Source: Minisyncoccia bacterium (GTDB taxonomy: Bacteria > Patescibacteriota > Minisyncoccia > Phycocordibacterales > PALSA-1337). From it: a stretch of DNA of 64,000 bases. The translations under genes and the position numbers were made by a program. The notes beneath the pieces are model-generated. The model was not told the origin of the DNA. It did not search any database and saw only the letters and a list, made by a program, of their open reading frames with translations. Shown here piece after piece: positions 37,556 through 47,700 of this stretch (positions are counted from its first letter, which is position 1; each line of letters starts with the position of its first letter). The stretch covers positions 65,664 to 129,663 of the forward strand of contig JBEKVT010000002.1 of assembly GCA_049997795.1 (NCBI GenBank), read 5' to 3'.

Positions 37556-38506
37556 ATGCCAAAGAAAATCCTTCTTTCCGGCGTCAAACCGACCGGACGC
37601 CCTCATATAGGCAATTACTTCGGGGCCATGAAGCAATTCGTGGATCTTTTGAATAAGGGCGAATACGAGTGCTTCTTCTTCATCGCCGATTATCACGGGC
37701 TCAATTTCATCCAGAATAGGGAGGAGATGCGCCGGCTGTCCATGGACCTGGCCATCGATTATCTCGCTATCGGCATAGACCCAGACAAGGCCGTTCTCTT
37801 CAAGCAAAGCGACGTTTCGGCCCATACCGAGCTCGCTTGGATCTTCGACACCATCGTCACCGTGCCGTATCTCCAGAGGGCTCACGCCTACAAGGACGCC
37901 ATCGCTAGGAAGGAAGAGGCGAGCGTCGGCACCTTCAATTATCCAGTGCTCATGGCCGCCGACATCCTGCTCTACGGCACCGACCTGGTGCCCGTGGGTC
38001 AAGATCAGAAACAGCATGTGGAATACGCCCGCGACATCGCCCAGAAGTTCAACAATGCCTTTGGCGAGACTTTCAAGCTGCCGGATGCGCTCATCCTGGA
38101 GCATGTCGCCGTCGTGCCCGGCACGGACGGCCAGAAGATGTCCAAGAGCTACAATAACGACATTCCGCTTTTTGCTACTCGTGCCGAAATTGAAAAAGCC
38201 GTTATGGGCATCGTCACAGATTCGAGCGGCGACAGGCCGGCTAATGTCTACAATATCCACAAGCTGTTTAGATCCGAGAAAGAGCTGAAGCCGCTTTATG
38301 ATTCGAATAAGGGCAAATACAAGGTCCTTAAAGAAGCTCTGATCGAAGATATAGACGCTTTCGCCAAACCTTTGAGGGAACGCCGGGCGGAATTGGCTAA
38401 AGACAAGAAGAAGGTCCTAGAGATATTGAAGAAGGGCGCCGAGAAGGCTAATGCGGCGGCTTCTGCCAAGCTGCGCGAGGTGAAAGAGAGAATCGGTGTC
38501 ATTTAA
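37556..38506 (+). CDS. trpS: Tryptophan--tRNA ligase
   Basis: SGVKPTGRPHIGNY, YPVLMAADIL, VPVGQDQKQH, KMSKS. Confidence 0.97.
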   Translation: MPKKILLSGVKPTGRPHIGNYFGAMKQFVDLLNKGEYECFFFIADYHGLNFIQNREEMRRLSMDLAIDYLAIGIDPDKAVLFKQSDVSAHTELAWIFDTIVTVPYLQRAHAYKDAIARKEEASVGTFNYPVLMAADILLYGTDLVPVGQDQKQHVEYARDIAQKFNNAFGETFKLPDALILEHVAVVPGTDGQKMSKSYNNDIPLFATRAEIEKAVMGIVTDSSGDRPANVYNIHKLFRSEKELKPLYDSNKGKYKVLKEALIEDIDAFAKPLRERRAELAKDKKKVLEILKKGAEKANAAASAKLREVKERIGVI

Positions 38507-39229
38507 ATGCCTTTCACTGTCAAAACCGAGGCGTTCAGCGGGCCTTTAGACCTTCTGCTCGAACTCATCGAGAACAGGAAGCTCTTCATCAATGACATCG
38601 CCCTGGCCAAGGTCACCGACGACTTCATCGAGCACGTTAAACAGTTCGAGGATCTGCCGATGGGGGAGTCGGCTCATTTTATTTTGATCGCTTCAACGCT
38701 CCTCCTCATCAAGTCTAAATCGCTCCTGCCCGGTTTGAATCTCACCGAGGAAGAACAAGGCGACATCCGCGACCTCGAGATCCGCCTGAAGATATACCAG
38801 CGCATCAAGGCCGCCGGGAAGCACGTTCAGGCGCTCTGGGACGGCGACATGATATTCCCGCAATCCGACAGGCGGGTCATAAACCCCGTATTCGTGCCGG
38901 ATCCTGAATTCACGCTGAATAAGGCGCTCGATTCGTTGAAAGACCTCATCAGCCGCCTACCCAAGAAAGAGACTTTGCCGAAGGCTGTGGTGGAGAAAGT
39001 CATCAGCTTGGAGGACATGATAACCGACCTGACCAAGCGCATCACCGGACAACTCAAGATGAGCTTCAGCCAGTTCACCGCCGACCACAAGGAGAACCGC
39101 CTGAACGTCATCGTGAGCTTCCTGGCCATGCTCGAACTCGTGAAGCAAGGAGTCCTCCAGGTCTCCCAGAAGCGCGAATATGCCGACATCGAGATGGAGA
39201 CTAAGGAAGTCGGCCTGCCGAAGTACTGA
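38507..39229 (+). CDS. scpA: Segregation and condensation protein A
   Basis: FSGPLDLLLELI, IASTLLLIKSKSLLP, VSFLAMLELVK. Confidence 0.95.
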   Translation: MPFTVKTEAFSGPLDLLLELIENRKLFINDIALAKVTDDFIEHVKQFEDLPMGESAHFILIASTLLLIKSKSLLPGLNLTEEEQGDIRDLEIRLKIYQRIKAAGKHVQALWDGDMIFPQSDRRVINPVFVPDPEFTLNKALDSLKDLISRLPKKETLPKAVVEKVISLEDMITDLTKRITGQLKMSFSQFTADHKENRLNVIVSFLAMLELVKQGVLQVSQKREYADIEMETKEVGLPKY

Positions 39230-39248
39230 TTCTGCTATAATCAACATC

Positions 39249-39821
39249 ATGGATTTGCCGCAAAAGATCGAAGCCGTGCTGTTCTGGAAAGCCGAACCGG
39301 TGGCCGTGAAGAAGCTCGCTTCGCTCCTCGATACGGACGTGAAGTCGGTGAGAGACAGTCTAGCCGAATTGGAGAAATCCTTGCAGGGCAGGGGATTGAC
39401 ATTGGTCCAGACCGACGACGATGTCATGCTCGGCACGGCCAAGGAGCTTTCGCCTTTGATAGAGAAGCTTACGAAAGACGAGCTCAGCAGAGACCTGGGA
39501 CGGGCAGGCCTGGAAACGCTCTCCATTGTCCTTTACCAGGGCCCTATCTCGCGCTCAAACATCGATTACATCCGCGGCGTCAATTCGCAGTTCATCCTGC
39601 GGTCGCTCATGATCCGCGGCTTGATCGAGAGGATAGACAATCCGGATGACGCCAGGAGCTATCTTTACAAGCCGACTTTGGACCTCCTGTCCCATCTCGG
39701 CATCTCCAAGATAGCCGACCTGCCGGAATACGGAGAGGTGAAGAAGGACATAGAATCGTTCAAACAGAGCGCCGCCCCCGCTTCGGCCGAGGCCAGAGAC
39801 AGTGCTACAATAGGGGAGTGA
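39249..39821 (+). CDS. scpB: Segregation and condensation protein B
   Basis: IEAVLF, LETLSIVLYQGPISRSNIDYIRGVNS. Confidence 0.95.
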   Translation: MDLPQKIEAVLFWKAEPVAVKKLASLLDTDVKSVRDSLAELEKSLQGRGLTLVQTDDDVMLGTAKELSPLIEKLTKDELSRDLGRAGLETLSIVLYQGPISRSNIDYIRGVNSQFILRSLMIRGLIERIDNPDDARSYLYKPTLDLLSHLGISKIADLPEYGEVKKDIESFKQSAAPASAEARDSATIGE

Positions 39822-40921
39822 TGTCTTCCGGCGCTCGTATCGATCGTTTCTTCTTGTATTCGACCGCTCTCCTCACGACGGCCGGTTTTTTCATCTTCCT
39901 GTCCGCCTCGCTCGGTCTCCTCGCCCAGAACGGCGCCAGCTTCGGGACCGTGGCCGCGAAACAAGCTGTGAGCCTTCTCATGGGCGCCGGGGCATTCTAT
40001 CTGTTCTCCAGGATAGATCATGCCTATCTGAGGAAGCTCGCCCTGCCGATCCTCTTCGGCGCCGTCTGCCTCAACCTGCTCATCTTCGTCCCCTGGCTCG
40101 CCATCCACTACAACGGCGCTTCCAGGTGGATTAACATCGGCCAGGTATCCGTCCAGCCATCGGAGTTCCTTAAGCTCGGCTTCATCATATACCTTTCGGC
40201 CTGGATATATTTCGCCAAGGACCGCGTCAAGCGCATGAAGTACGGCCTCGTCCCGTACGTCGCCATCATGGCCATCTTAGGCATCCTGCTCCTCGTCCAG
40301 TCCGACACCGATACCCTGGTCATCATCGGCGCAACGGGCATCATCATGCTCTGGGTCGCCGGCATGCCCATCCGGCACGTCTTCCTGGCCTTCCTTCTCA
40401 TGGCGGCGGTCGTCGCCGGCGTGGTCTTCATGCGCCCGTACGCCTGGGAGCGCGTCAAGGTTTTCCTTGATCCGGGAGCGAGCTCCCAGAGCTCGAGCTA
40501 TCAGATCAACCAGGCCAAGATCGCCATCGGCTCCGGCGGCCTCCTCGGCCGGGGCTTCGGCAAGAGCATCCAGAAATTCGGCTATCTGCCGCAGCCGACC
40601 GATGACTCGATATTCGCCGTGGCGGCCGAAGAGTTCGGCTTCGCCGGCATCATGGTCCTTCTCGCCTTATACTGCTCGTTCGCCGCGAGCGCCCTCCGAG
40701 TCGGCACCCGGGCGCCGGACGCTTTCGGCGGCTTCCTGTCGATAGGCATCGCCGTCCTCGTCATCATCGAATCGTTCCTGAACATGGCAGCCATGCTCGG
40801 CCTGGTGCCTCTCTCCGGCGTGCCGCTCCTCTTCGTCTCGCACGGCGGCACGGCTCTCATCATCACTCTCATGGCGGCCGGCATGGTGGCGAACATCTCC
40901 AGGCATCCCCGCGGCTCGTGA
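39818..40921 (+). CDS. ftsW: SEDS-family peptidoglycan glycosyltransferase FtsW
   Basis: NGASRWI, QPSEFLK, YQINQAKIAIGSGG, GVPLLFVSHGG; directly before murG. Confidence 0.9.
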   Translation: MMSSGARIDRFFLYSTALLTTAGFFIFLSASLGLLAQNGASFGTVAAKQAVSLLMGAGAFYLFSRIDHAYLRKLALPILFGAVCLNLLIFVPWLAIHYNGASRWINIGQVSVQPSEFLKLGFIIYLSAWIYFAKDRVKRMKYGLVPYVAIMAILGILLLVQSDTDTLVIIGATGIIMLWVAGMPIRHVFLAFLLMAAVVAGVVFMRPYAWERVKVFLDPGASSQSSSYQINQAKIAIGSGGLLGRGFGKSIQKFGYLPQPTDDSIFAVAAEEFGFAGIMVLLALYCSFAASALRVGTRAPDAFGGFLSIGIAVLVIIESFLNMAAMLGLVPLSGVPLLFVSHGGTALIITLMAAGMVANISRHPRGS

Positions 40922-40940
40922 TTATGATAAGATTAGATCT

Positions 40941-42077
40941 ATGAAGATAGCGTTCACGGGAGGGGGGACCGGCGGCCATTTCTACCCGATAATCGCCGTA
41001 GTCGAGGCTCTCCGGGAGCGGGTCAAAGAGCGCAAGCTCATCGCGCCGGAGCTGTATTACCTAGCCCCGACGCCCTATAACCCCGGCATATTGTTCGACA
41101 ATGAGATAAGATTCGTGTCCATGCCGGCCGGCAAGGTCCGGCGGTATTTCTCGCTGCTCAACCTGACCGACATCCTGAAGACCGTCTCCGGCTGCTTCAT
41201 GGCCATTTTCAAGCTCTATTCCATATATCCGGACGTCGTCTTCTCGAAGGGCGGCTATGGGAGCTTCCCGGCCCTATTCGCCGCCCGCCTGCTCCGGATC
41301 CCGGTCATCATCCATGAATCCGATTCCAAGCCCGGCAGAGTGAACAGGTGGTCGGCTAACTTCGCCCGCAATATCGCCTTGTCATATCCGGCGGCGGCTC
41401 CGTTCTTCGGCGCCCGGAACCAGGCCAAGATCGCCTATACGGGCAACCCCATCCGCCACGACATCGAGAAGCCCTTGAAGAGCGGCGCCCATGAATTCCT
41501 GAAGCTCGAGCAGGGGACGCCCATGGTCCTCATCCTCGGCGGCTCGCAGGGCGCGGCTTCCATAAACGAGGTCCTTATGGAGGCCCTGCCGGATCTCTTG
41601 AACCGCTACCAGATCGTCCATCAGACCGGCCAAGCCAACTTCGATGAGATCAAGGGGACGTCGGCGGTCATCTTGAAGGATCATCCTTACGCTTACCGCT
41701 ACCATCCTTTCGGCTATCTGAACGAGCTTTCCATGCGCATGGCTTCCGGCGTGGCCGACATCGTCGTCTCGCGCGCCGGTTCCACCATATTCGAGATCGC
41801 CGCCTGGGGCCTGCCGTCCATCATCATCCCTCTGCCGCCGTCGGTCTCGCACGACCAGACGGGGAATGCCTATGCCTACGCCGGGACCGGGGCCGCCTCG
41901 GTCATCGAAGAGAACAATCTCCACGCCCACATCCTCTCGGAAGAGATAGATCGGATCTATTCGTCCCCGGCCATAAGACAGACCATGAAGGAACGGGCCG
42001 CGGCTTTCGCCCGCCTGGACAGCGCCCGGGTGATCGCCGATGCCATCTTGAACATTGCTCTGGAGCACGAAAAGTAG
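40941..42077 (+). CDS. murG: UDP-GlcNAc:lipid I transferase MurG
   Basis: GGGTGGHFYP, KGGYGS, HESD, GNPIR, GGSQGA. Confidence 0.96.
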   Translation: MKIAFTGGGTGGHFYPIIAVVEALRERVKERKLIAPELYYLAPTPYNPGILFDNEIRFVSMPAGKVRRYFSLLNLTDILKTVSGCFMAIFKLYSIYPDVVFSKGGYGSFPALFAARLLRIPVIIHESDSKPGRVNRWSANFARNIALSYPAAAPFFGARNQAKIAYTGNPIRHDIEKPLKSGAHEFLKLEQGTPMVLILGGSQGAASINEVLMEALPDLLNRYQIVHQTGQANFDEIKGTSAVILKDHPYAYRYHPFGYLNELSMRMASGVADIVVSRAGSTIFEIAAWGLPSIIIPLPPSVSHDQTGNAYAYAGTGAASVIEENNLHAHILSEEIDRIYSSPAIRQTMKERAAAFARLDSARVIADAILNIALEHEK

Positions 42078-42151
42078 TATGATAGGCCCTTAAATAAGGT
42101 CGTAGATTTAGCAGCCCCTAACGTCTATTACAAGGTCTAACCGACAAAATC

Positions 42152-42664
42152 ATGGAACCAGAAACAGCAAGCGGCATCAGGACTTGGCAGTGGGTCGTCA
42201 CGGTCATTGTCGTCATCGTCCTCATTGTGATCGGTGTCATGGTCTTCGGCAATAAGGGAGCTCAGGCGCCGACCGTCGCGCCCGCGGAAACGGCCAACAA
42301 CAGCCAGACCGGCGCTCCGAGCGCGTCCGGCATCGTCATGTCCGATCAGTATCCGGGGAACGTCGTCTATCTTTCGTCAGTCCAGATGTCGGCCCCGGGC
42401 TGGGTCGTCATACACAAGGACAACGCCGGGCAGCCCGGCGACGCGATCGGCGAGACATATTTCAACGCCGGCATCAATCCCGGCAAGGTCACCCTGACCG
42501 AGCCCATGATCGACGGCGGCACGTATTACGCCGTGCTCAACTCAGATGACGGCAACAAGAAGTTCGACGCGACCACGGACTTGCCGATGAAGGACGGCAA
42601 CGGGAACGTGATCATGCATGTCTTTCACGCCTCGTCTTCCGCCGGCGCCAACCTGAAAGGCTAA
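42152..42664 (+). CDS. Membrane-anchored Ig-like (DUF7282-like) protein
   Basis: N-terminal TM; DQYPGNVV...GWVVIH...G.AIG...YYAVL..DDG..FD...D.P pattern. Confidence 0.6.
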   Translation: MEPETASGIRTWQWVVTVIVVIVLIVIGVMVFGNKGAQAPTVAPAETANNSQTGAPSASGIVMSDQYPGNVVYLSSVQMSAPGWVVIHKDNAGQPGDAIGETYFNAGINPGKVTLTEPMIDGGTYYAVLNSDDGNKKFDATTDLPMKDGNGNVIMHVFHASSSAGANLKG

Positions 42665-42685
42665 AGATTATCTCTTCCAGTCGTG

Positions 42686-42721
42686 AATAAAAGACCGGCT
42701 CTCCCGAGCCGGTCTTTTATT
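42686..42721. terminator. Bidirectional intrinsic terminator
   Basis: AATAAAAGACCGGCTC-TCCC-GAGCCGGTCTTTTATT. Confidence 0.85.
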
Positions 42722-42776
42722 TCCTCTCCGAGCCAGACATTCCTGACAAATCCGCGGAATGCGCTATAATGCCTTC

Positions 42777-44111
42777 ATGAACGGGAAAGTCGTCACCCGC
42801 TTCGCCCCTTCGCCGACCGGCTATTTGCACGCCGGCAGCTATCGCACGGCTCTTTACTCCTCGATCTTCGCCAGGCAGAACGGCGGCAAATTCATCCTGC
42901 GCATCGAAGACACCGACAGGGAGCGCTCCAAGAAAGAATACGAAGACGACATCATAGACAGCTTGAGGTGGCTCGGCTTGAAGTACGACGGGCTCTTCCG
43001 CCAGTCGGAGCGCCAAGGCATATATAAGAAACATCTGGAGAGCCTGCTCGCTTCCGGCTTGGCTTACGTCTCGAAAGAGACGCCAAAAGAGCCAGGTGAC
43101 AGGGAAGAGGTCATCCGTTTCAAGAATCCGAACAGGCGGGTCGCTTTCGAAGACTTAATCCGCGGCCGCATAGAGTTCGACACCGCCGAGCTGGGAGATT
43201 TCGTCGTAGCGAAGAGCATGGACGAGCCGACCTTCCATCTGGCGAACGTCATCGACGACTACGAGATGGGCGTCTCCCACGTCATCCGCGGCGAAGACCA
43301 CATCTCGAACACTCCGAGGCACATCCTCATATACGAAGCCCTGAAAGCGCCGGTCCCGAGGTTCGCTCACATCCCGCTTCTCCTCGCGGCCGATCGGTCC
43401 AAGCTGTCCAAGAGGAACGGCGCCGTGCCGGTCTCCGAGTACAGGGCCCGCGGCTTCCTGCCCGAGGCCGTGGTGAATTATCTCTCTCTCCTCGGCTGGC
43501 ATCCGGAAGACGACAGGGAGATCCTGTCGTGGGGCGAGATCGTCAAGGAATTCTCCTTGGAGCGCGTCCAAAAAGCCGGCGCCGTCTTCGACGAAGACAA
43601 GCTCAGATGGTTCAACCGGCAATACTCGATGAAACTATCCGATGCCGATTTCGTCGCGCATGCCGCGGCATTCCTGCCAAAATGGCTCCAGGTGAAAAGC
43701 CCGGTCTTCAAGCGCTTGTTGCCGCTCGTAAGGAACAAGGTCTCGACGTTCGGGGATATCGCCGGCTTGTTCGGTCCAGAAGGGGAGCTTGGCTTCGTCC
43801 GGGCTCTGCCCGACTATCCGGCCGAGCTCATCCTCTGGAAGAAGGAACCGGATCGCAAGGCGGCGCTCGGACACCTCAAGGAATGCCGCGACCTCATGGG
43901 AAGATCACCAGACGGGGGATGGACAGCCGAGGCCCTGAAGCAGGCCGTCTGGCCTTACGCCGAGAAAGAAGGCAGGGGGAACGTCCTCTGGCCCCTGCGT
44001 GTCGCCTTGACTGGCCAAGAGAGATCCCCGGACCCGTTCGCCTCGGCCGCCCTCCTCGGCAGGGAAGAGTCTTTGCGCCGCATAGACGCGGCGATAAAGG
44101 GATGCGCCTGA
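42777..44111 (+). CDS. gltX: Glutamate--tRNA ligase
   Basis: RFAPSPTGYLHAG, LRIEDTD, HVIRGEDH, KLSKR. Confidence 0.96.
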   Translation: MNGKVVTRFAPSPTGYLHAGSYRTALYSSIFARQNGGKFILRIEDTDRERSKKEYEDDIIDSLRWLGLKYDGLFRQSERQGIYKKHLESLLASGLAYVSKETPKEPGDREEVIRFKNPNRRVAFEDLIRGRIEFDTAELGDFVVAKSMDEPTFHLANVIDDYEMGVSHVIRGEDHISNTPRHILIYEALKAPVPRFAHIPLLLAADRSKLSKRNGAVPVSEYRARGFLPEAVVNYLSLLGWHPEDDREILSWGEIVKEFSLERVQKAGAVFDEDKLRWFNRQYSMKLSDADFVAHAAAFLPKWLQVKSPVFKRLLPLVRNKVSTFGDIAGLFGPEGELGFVRALPDYPAELILWKKEPDRKAALGHLKECRDLMGRSPDGGWTAEALKQAVWPYAEKEGRGNVLWPLRVALTGQERSPDPFASAALLGREESLRRIDAAIKGCA

Positions 44112-45391
44112 GATATGCCCTAGTGCCGCTCGTAATGGCCGCAACGACATTCGCGCCCGGCCTTGCGCGTGGAGAGCAGGGCTTCATGGATCTGGAGACG
44201 AAGATCGATCAGCGCGCCGCCGACATCCAGGCCCTGGAAAAGGAGATCACGGGGTACCAAGACCAGATCGACGCTCTCGACAACCAGAAATCGTCGCTCT
44301 CCGCCGCTCTCCAATCGCTCGATCTGACCCAGAAGAAATTGCAGGCCAATATCAAAGTGACGCAGGACAAGATCGACTCCACCGCCCTGCAAATAGAACA
44401 ATTGGCCTCGAAGATAGACACGACCGGGAATACGATAGCCGACGACGCTCGTTATGTGGCCGGGTCTTTCAGGGACATGGGCGAGCTTTCCAGCCGATCG
44501 CCTTTAGAGATATTCCTGGAGAGCCAATCCTTATCGGGCGCCTGGAATGCCGTGGCCGAGCTCTCCGCCCTAGAGAGCGGCTTGAACGACCGCATCGCCG
44601 GACTCTCGAAAGCCAAAGCGGACCTGGAAACCAACAAACGGGCCACCGAAAGGGCCAAGGCCGATCTGGTGACGCTTCAGGATCAGCTCAAAGACCAGCG
44701 CCGGGTCGTCCTTTCCACCCAGACGGAGAAGAGCCAGCTCCTGTCGCAAACCAAAGACTCCGAGGCGTCATATCAGACCCTTCTTGCCCAGAAAAAGGCC
44801 ATGAAGGACGCCTTCGAGCGGGAGATGCTCGCGTACGAATCAGAGCTCCGGCTCGTCGTAGACCGCTCAAAACTGCCGCCGTCCGGTTCGGCTCCTTTGT
44901 CATGGCCCTTGGACAGCGTCTTCATCACCCAATATTTCGGCAACACTCCCTTCGCCACGGCCAATCCGCAGATCTACAACGGCTTCGGCCACGATGGCAT
45001 AGACCTGCGGGCCTCGATCGGCACGCCGGTTCGAGCGGCTCTTTCCGGCACGGTCTCCGGGGCAGGGAACACGGACCTCGTCCCCGGCTGCTATTCCTTC
45101 GGCAAATGGATCATGGTCGAGCATCCGGACGGCCTGTCCACCCTGTACGCCCATCTTTCCTTGCAGACGGCCTCGGTCGGACAGGATGTGTATACGGGAG
45201 AGACGATAGGCTATAGCGGCAATACCGGCTACACCACCGGACCACATCTTCACCTCGGCGTCTATGCCACGGACGGCGTGGAGATAAAGCAGTTCACGGG
45301 GAGCAAGAATTGCCAGGGAGCGATCGTCCCGCTCGCCGTCCTGTCGGCTTATCTCAATCCACTTTCGTATTTGCCACCGGCGCCAAATTGA
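44102..45391 (+). CDS. Coiled-coil M23 peptidase (EnvC/MepM-like)
   Basis: Signal peptide from ATG 44102; long coiled coil; HDGID, YAHL, TGPHLH zinc motifs. Confidence 0.9.
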   Translation: MRLRYALVPLVMAATTFAPGLARGEQGFMDLETKIDQRAADIQALEKEITGYQDQIDALDNQKSSLSAALQSLDLTQKKLQANIKVTQDKIDSTALQIEQLASKIDTTGNTIADDARYVAGSFRDMGELSSRSPLEIFLESQSLSGAWNAVAELSALESGLNDRIAGLSKAKADLETNKRATERAKADLVTLQDQLKDQRRVVLSTQTEKSQLLSQTKDSEASYQTLLAQKKAMKDAFEREMLAYESELRLVVDRSKLPPSGSAPLSWPLDSVFITQYFGNTPFATANPQIYNGFGHDGIDLRASIGTPVRAALSGTVSGAGNTDLVPGCYSFGKWIMVEHPDGLSTLYAHLSLQTASVGQDVYTGETIGYSGNTGYTTGPHLHLGVYATDGVEIKQFTGSKNCQGAIVPLAVLSAYLNPLSYLPPAPN

Positions 45392-45405
45392 GGTATGATG
45401 TCGCC

Positions 45406-45735
45406 ATGAAAAAATATGCGGCGGGGAACAGGGGGCTCATCAAGATGATCCTGATCGTAGTCATAGCCCTGCTCATCTTGAGCTACTTCAACATCAATCT
45501 CCGCCAATTGGTCAATGCTCCGACCACCCAGGACAACGTCTCCTACGTGGCTTCCAGCACCGTCACCATCTGGGACAGCTACCTCAAGGTCCCGGCTACT
45601 TATCTTTGGAACAACGTATTCATCGACCTCATCTGGAACCCGGCCATAACCAATCTGACGAACATGAAGAACGGGGAGCCGACGAACATAAGCACTTCGT
45701 CGCCGACTCTGCCGTCTATACCGCTGGTGCAGTAA
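45406..45735 (+). CDS. Small membrane protein with pilin-like N-terminus
   Basis: MKKYAAGNRG|LIKMILIVVIALLILSYF; no Glu+5. Confidence 0.7.
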   Translation: MKKYAAGNRGLIKMILIVVIALLILSYFNINLRQLVNAPTTQDNVSYVASSTVTIWDSYLKVPATYLWNNVFIDLIWNPAITNLTNMKNGEPTNISTSSPTLPSIPLVQ

Positions 45736-45814
45736 GAATAAGGGGTTAGTGGATTAAAGTGCCAACAAGGTATATTGTACGACGTGGCATGTTTCAGTAA
45801 ATTAACTGGTTTGT

Positions 45815-46489
45815 TTATCCCCTGTCCTGTTTGTTTGGTTCAGCAGCTAATTCAAGCAGCACCGTCTTCTTGAAAAATTTCTCCGTCATCACACTGATGT
45901 TTTGTGGTAGTTTCTTATCCTTCCTTCTTATAAGCTCATCAATCTCCTTTTGATCTATCTTCTCATTATTTACAAGAACAAAGTAGATCTTTGAGTGGAT
46001 ACTAGAATATCGCTTCATTTTAATACTAACCACTCCCCCGAGAGACTTGATATCCTGAGCATAGAATAGGTCTATTACGATACCCTCGTTATCTGATTTA
46101 TAAATAAAGAAATCGCAACAAATATAGCCGGGCCGAAGAATTTTGTGTTCGTGTACCCTTACCTCCGGGATATTTGATATAAGATACCTATAAAAGCTTT
46201 CCTCATAATTTACAGCCTGTGAATGCGTTCTGCGCGCCACTGCAGCTCGATGTTCTCCCATGGTTAAATTAAGACCTGTGTTTAATGACAGTGCTTTTCT
46301 GACATTTGAAATGCCCTCGAAATTTCTTTGAATCAGCCTGGCTGACGGAAGATATTCAAAAGTATCAAAATCTTGGATTCTGGGATAATTACCATTCAAA
46401 GATTTGAAATACTCCATACCCTGCCTGATTTCCTCAAGAGTCCACTTTTGTTGGTGTCCGATTTTCTTTTTCTTATCTGGAATTATCAT
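45815..46489 (-). CDS. AT-rich protein with homing-endonuclease-associated repeat and putative PD-(D/E)XK-like C-terminus
   Basis: KWTLEEIRQGMEYFKSLNGNYP...LPSARLIQRNFEG.SNVRKAL; CDFFIY...VIDLF; markedly AT-rich versus flanks. Confidence 0.6.
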   Translation of the reverse strand: MIIPDKKKKIGHQQKWTLEEIRQGMEYFKSLNGNYPRIQDFDTFEYLPSARLIQRNFEGISNVRKALSLNTGLNLTMGEHRAAVARRTHSQAVNYEESFYRYLISNIPEVRVHEHKILRPGYICCDFFIYKSDNEGIVIDLFYAQDIKSLGGVVSIKMKRYSSIHSKIYFVLVNNEKIDQKEIDELIRRKDKKLPQNISVMTEKFFKKTVLLELAAEPNKQDRG

Positions 46490-46623
46490 TGAATACACTT
46501 TAACACATAATAATATAGACGTGATCGTTTCCCCTTCCTATAGGAAAAAACCTTATAGCCTTGAGTCCAATATCACAAAAAGCCCTACCCTTCCGGACAG
46601 GACCTTCCGCGGTTTATGATAAT

Positions 46624-47082
46624 TCACTTCCTGGCGAGATCTCCCGAACTTGACCAGCATTTTTCCGACGAGATCCACGGTTCTATCCCGTATTTCTCGT
46701 AAAGATGCTTGGCGAAAGCCACGTTCCCTTTGGTCTCGTATATGTCGTACCCCAGCTTGGCCGCCTCGGCGGCGTGATACTTCTCGTTGATCTGCATCAC
46801 GCCCACGTCGGCCGGGTTGGCCTCGCCGCGGATGGCCTTGCCGCCGCTTCCGTACTGGCGGAAGGCCGACTCGCAACGGGCGATGTCGACCAAGATCGGC
46901 TCGTCCGCGTATTGCTCGCGGACGTACGCTTCTATGTCTTTGGAGACGTCCAGGGGCTGGGCTTCGGCGGCCGTCGCCTGCTCCGCCTGCGGAGGAGCGA
47001 TGTCGGGAGCCGCCGCATTCGCCTGCCCCGCGCCGTAGAGCGAGGACATGAGGAATGCCGCACCTGTAGCTATTTCTATCAT
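46624..47082 (-). CDS. SLT/lysozyme-like transglycosylase domain protein
   Basis: IARCES catalytic Glu motif, GVMQIN, GN..FAKHLY...G..PW..S..CW; start uncertain (47082 or 47121). Confidence 0.8.
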   Translation of the reverse strand: MIEIATGAAFLMSSLYGAGQANAAAPDIAPPQAEQATAAEAQPLDVSKDIEAYVREQYADEPILVDIARCESAFRQYGSGGKAIRGEANPADVGVMQINEKYHAAEAAKLGYDIYETKGNVAFAKHLYEKYGIEPWISSEKCWSSSGDLARK

Positions 47083-47288
47083 TTTCCAATTAAAAAACGA
47101 GCTTGCGAGCATGACGCTCATTAGCTCATTTTTGTGAGTCCAGTCTAGCAGATCAAGTCCATGAAGTCAATGCTGTCTGTGTCATAATATGGCTCAACGG
47201 AGGCATATTTTGTGACTAAAATAGCCTTATTTTGAGCCATTCTATCGAACTTGCGCCGAAAATAGCCTCGTGTTAAGCTCTATCCGCT

Positions 47289-47561
47289 ATGGCGCATCGC
47301 AAAGCCGAAGGAACGACTAAGAACGGCCGGGATTCCAACCCGAAATATCTCGGCGTGAAGATAAACCACGGCCAGAGCGCCCTGACCGGCCAGATCATCG
47401 TGCGCCAGCGCGGCACGACTGTGCTTCCGGGCAAGAACGTCGGGGTCGGCAAGGACTATACCCTGTTCGCCCTGAAAGACGGCACGGTCCATTTCTCCTC
47501 GAAACGCAAGATCGGCTTCAACAGCGACATCGACCGCAGGAAGATAGTGAGCGTGGTGTAG
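47289..47561 (+). CDS. rpmA: 50S ribosomal protein L27
   Basis: [23 protein letters not shown]...IIVRQRGT. Confidence 0.97.
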   Translation: MAHRKAEGTTKNGRDSNPKYLGVKINHGQSALTGQIIVRQRGTTVLPGKNVGVGKDYTLFALKDGTVHFSSKRKIGFNSDIDRRKIVSVV

Positions 47562-47565
47562 ACAA

Positions 47566-47690
47566 TAAGGGAGACACGAAAACCTCTCTCTAAGAAACAT
47601 TCCCAGCGGGAGCCCGTCTGGGACGTTTTTCTTCAGCCTTGAATCTTGAATAAGTAGAGTTTCTTAGGGAGAGGTTTTCGCGTCTCCTTA
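47566..47690. repeat. Structured dispersed repeat, copy 2 (reverse orientation relative to copy 1)
   Basis: 47566-47598 and 47659-47690 form a ~32-bp imperfect inverted repeat; 60-nt core homologous to 1664-1723. Confidence 0.85.
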
Positions 47691-47700
47691 CCTAAGCCTT

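Noticed and set aside
43529-44101. N-terminal 191-aa extension of the M23 peptidase ORF
   Set aside because: Overlaps gltX in another frame; a signal peptide begins at ATG 44102
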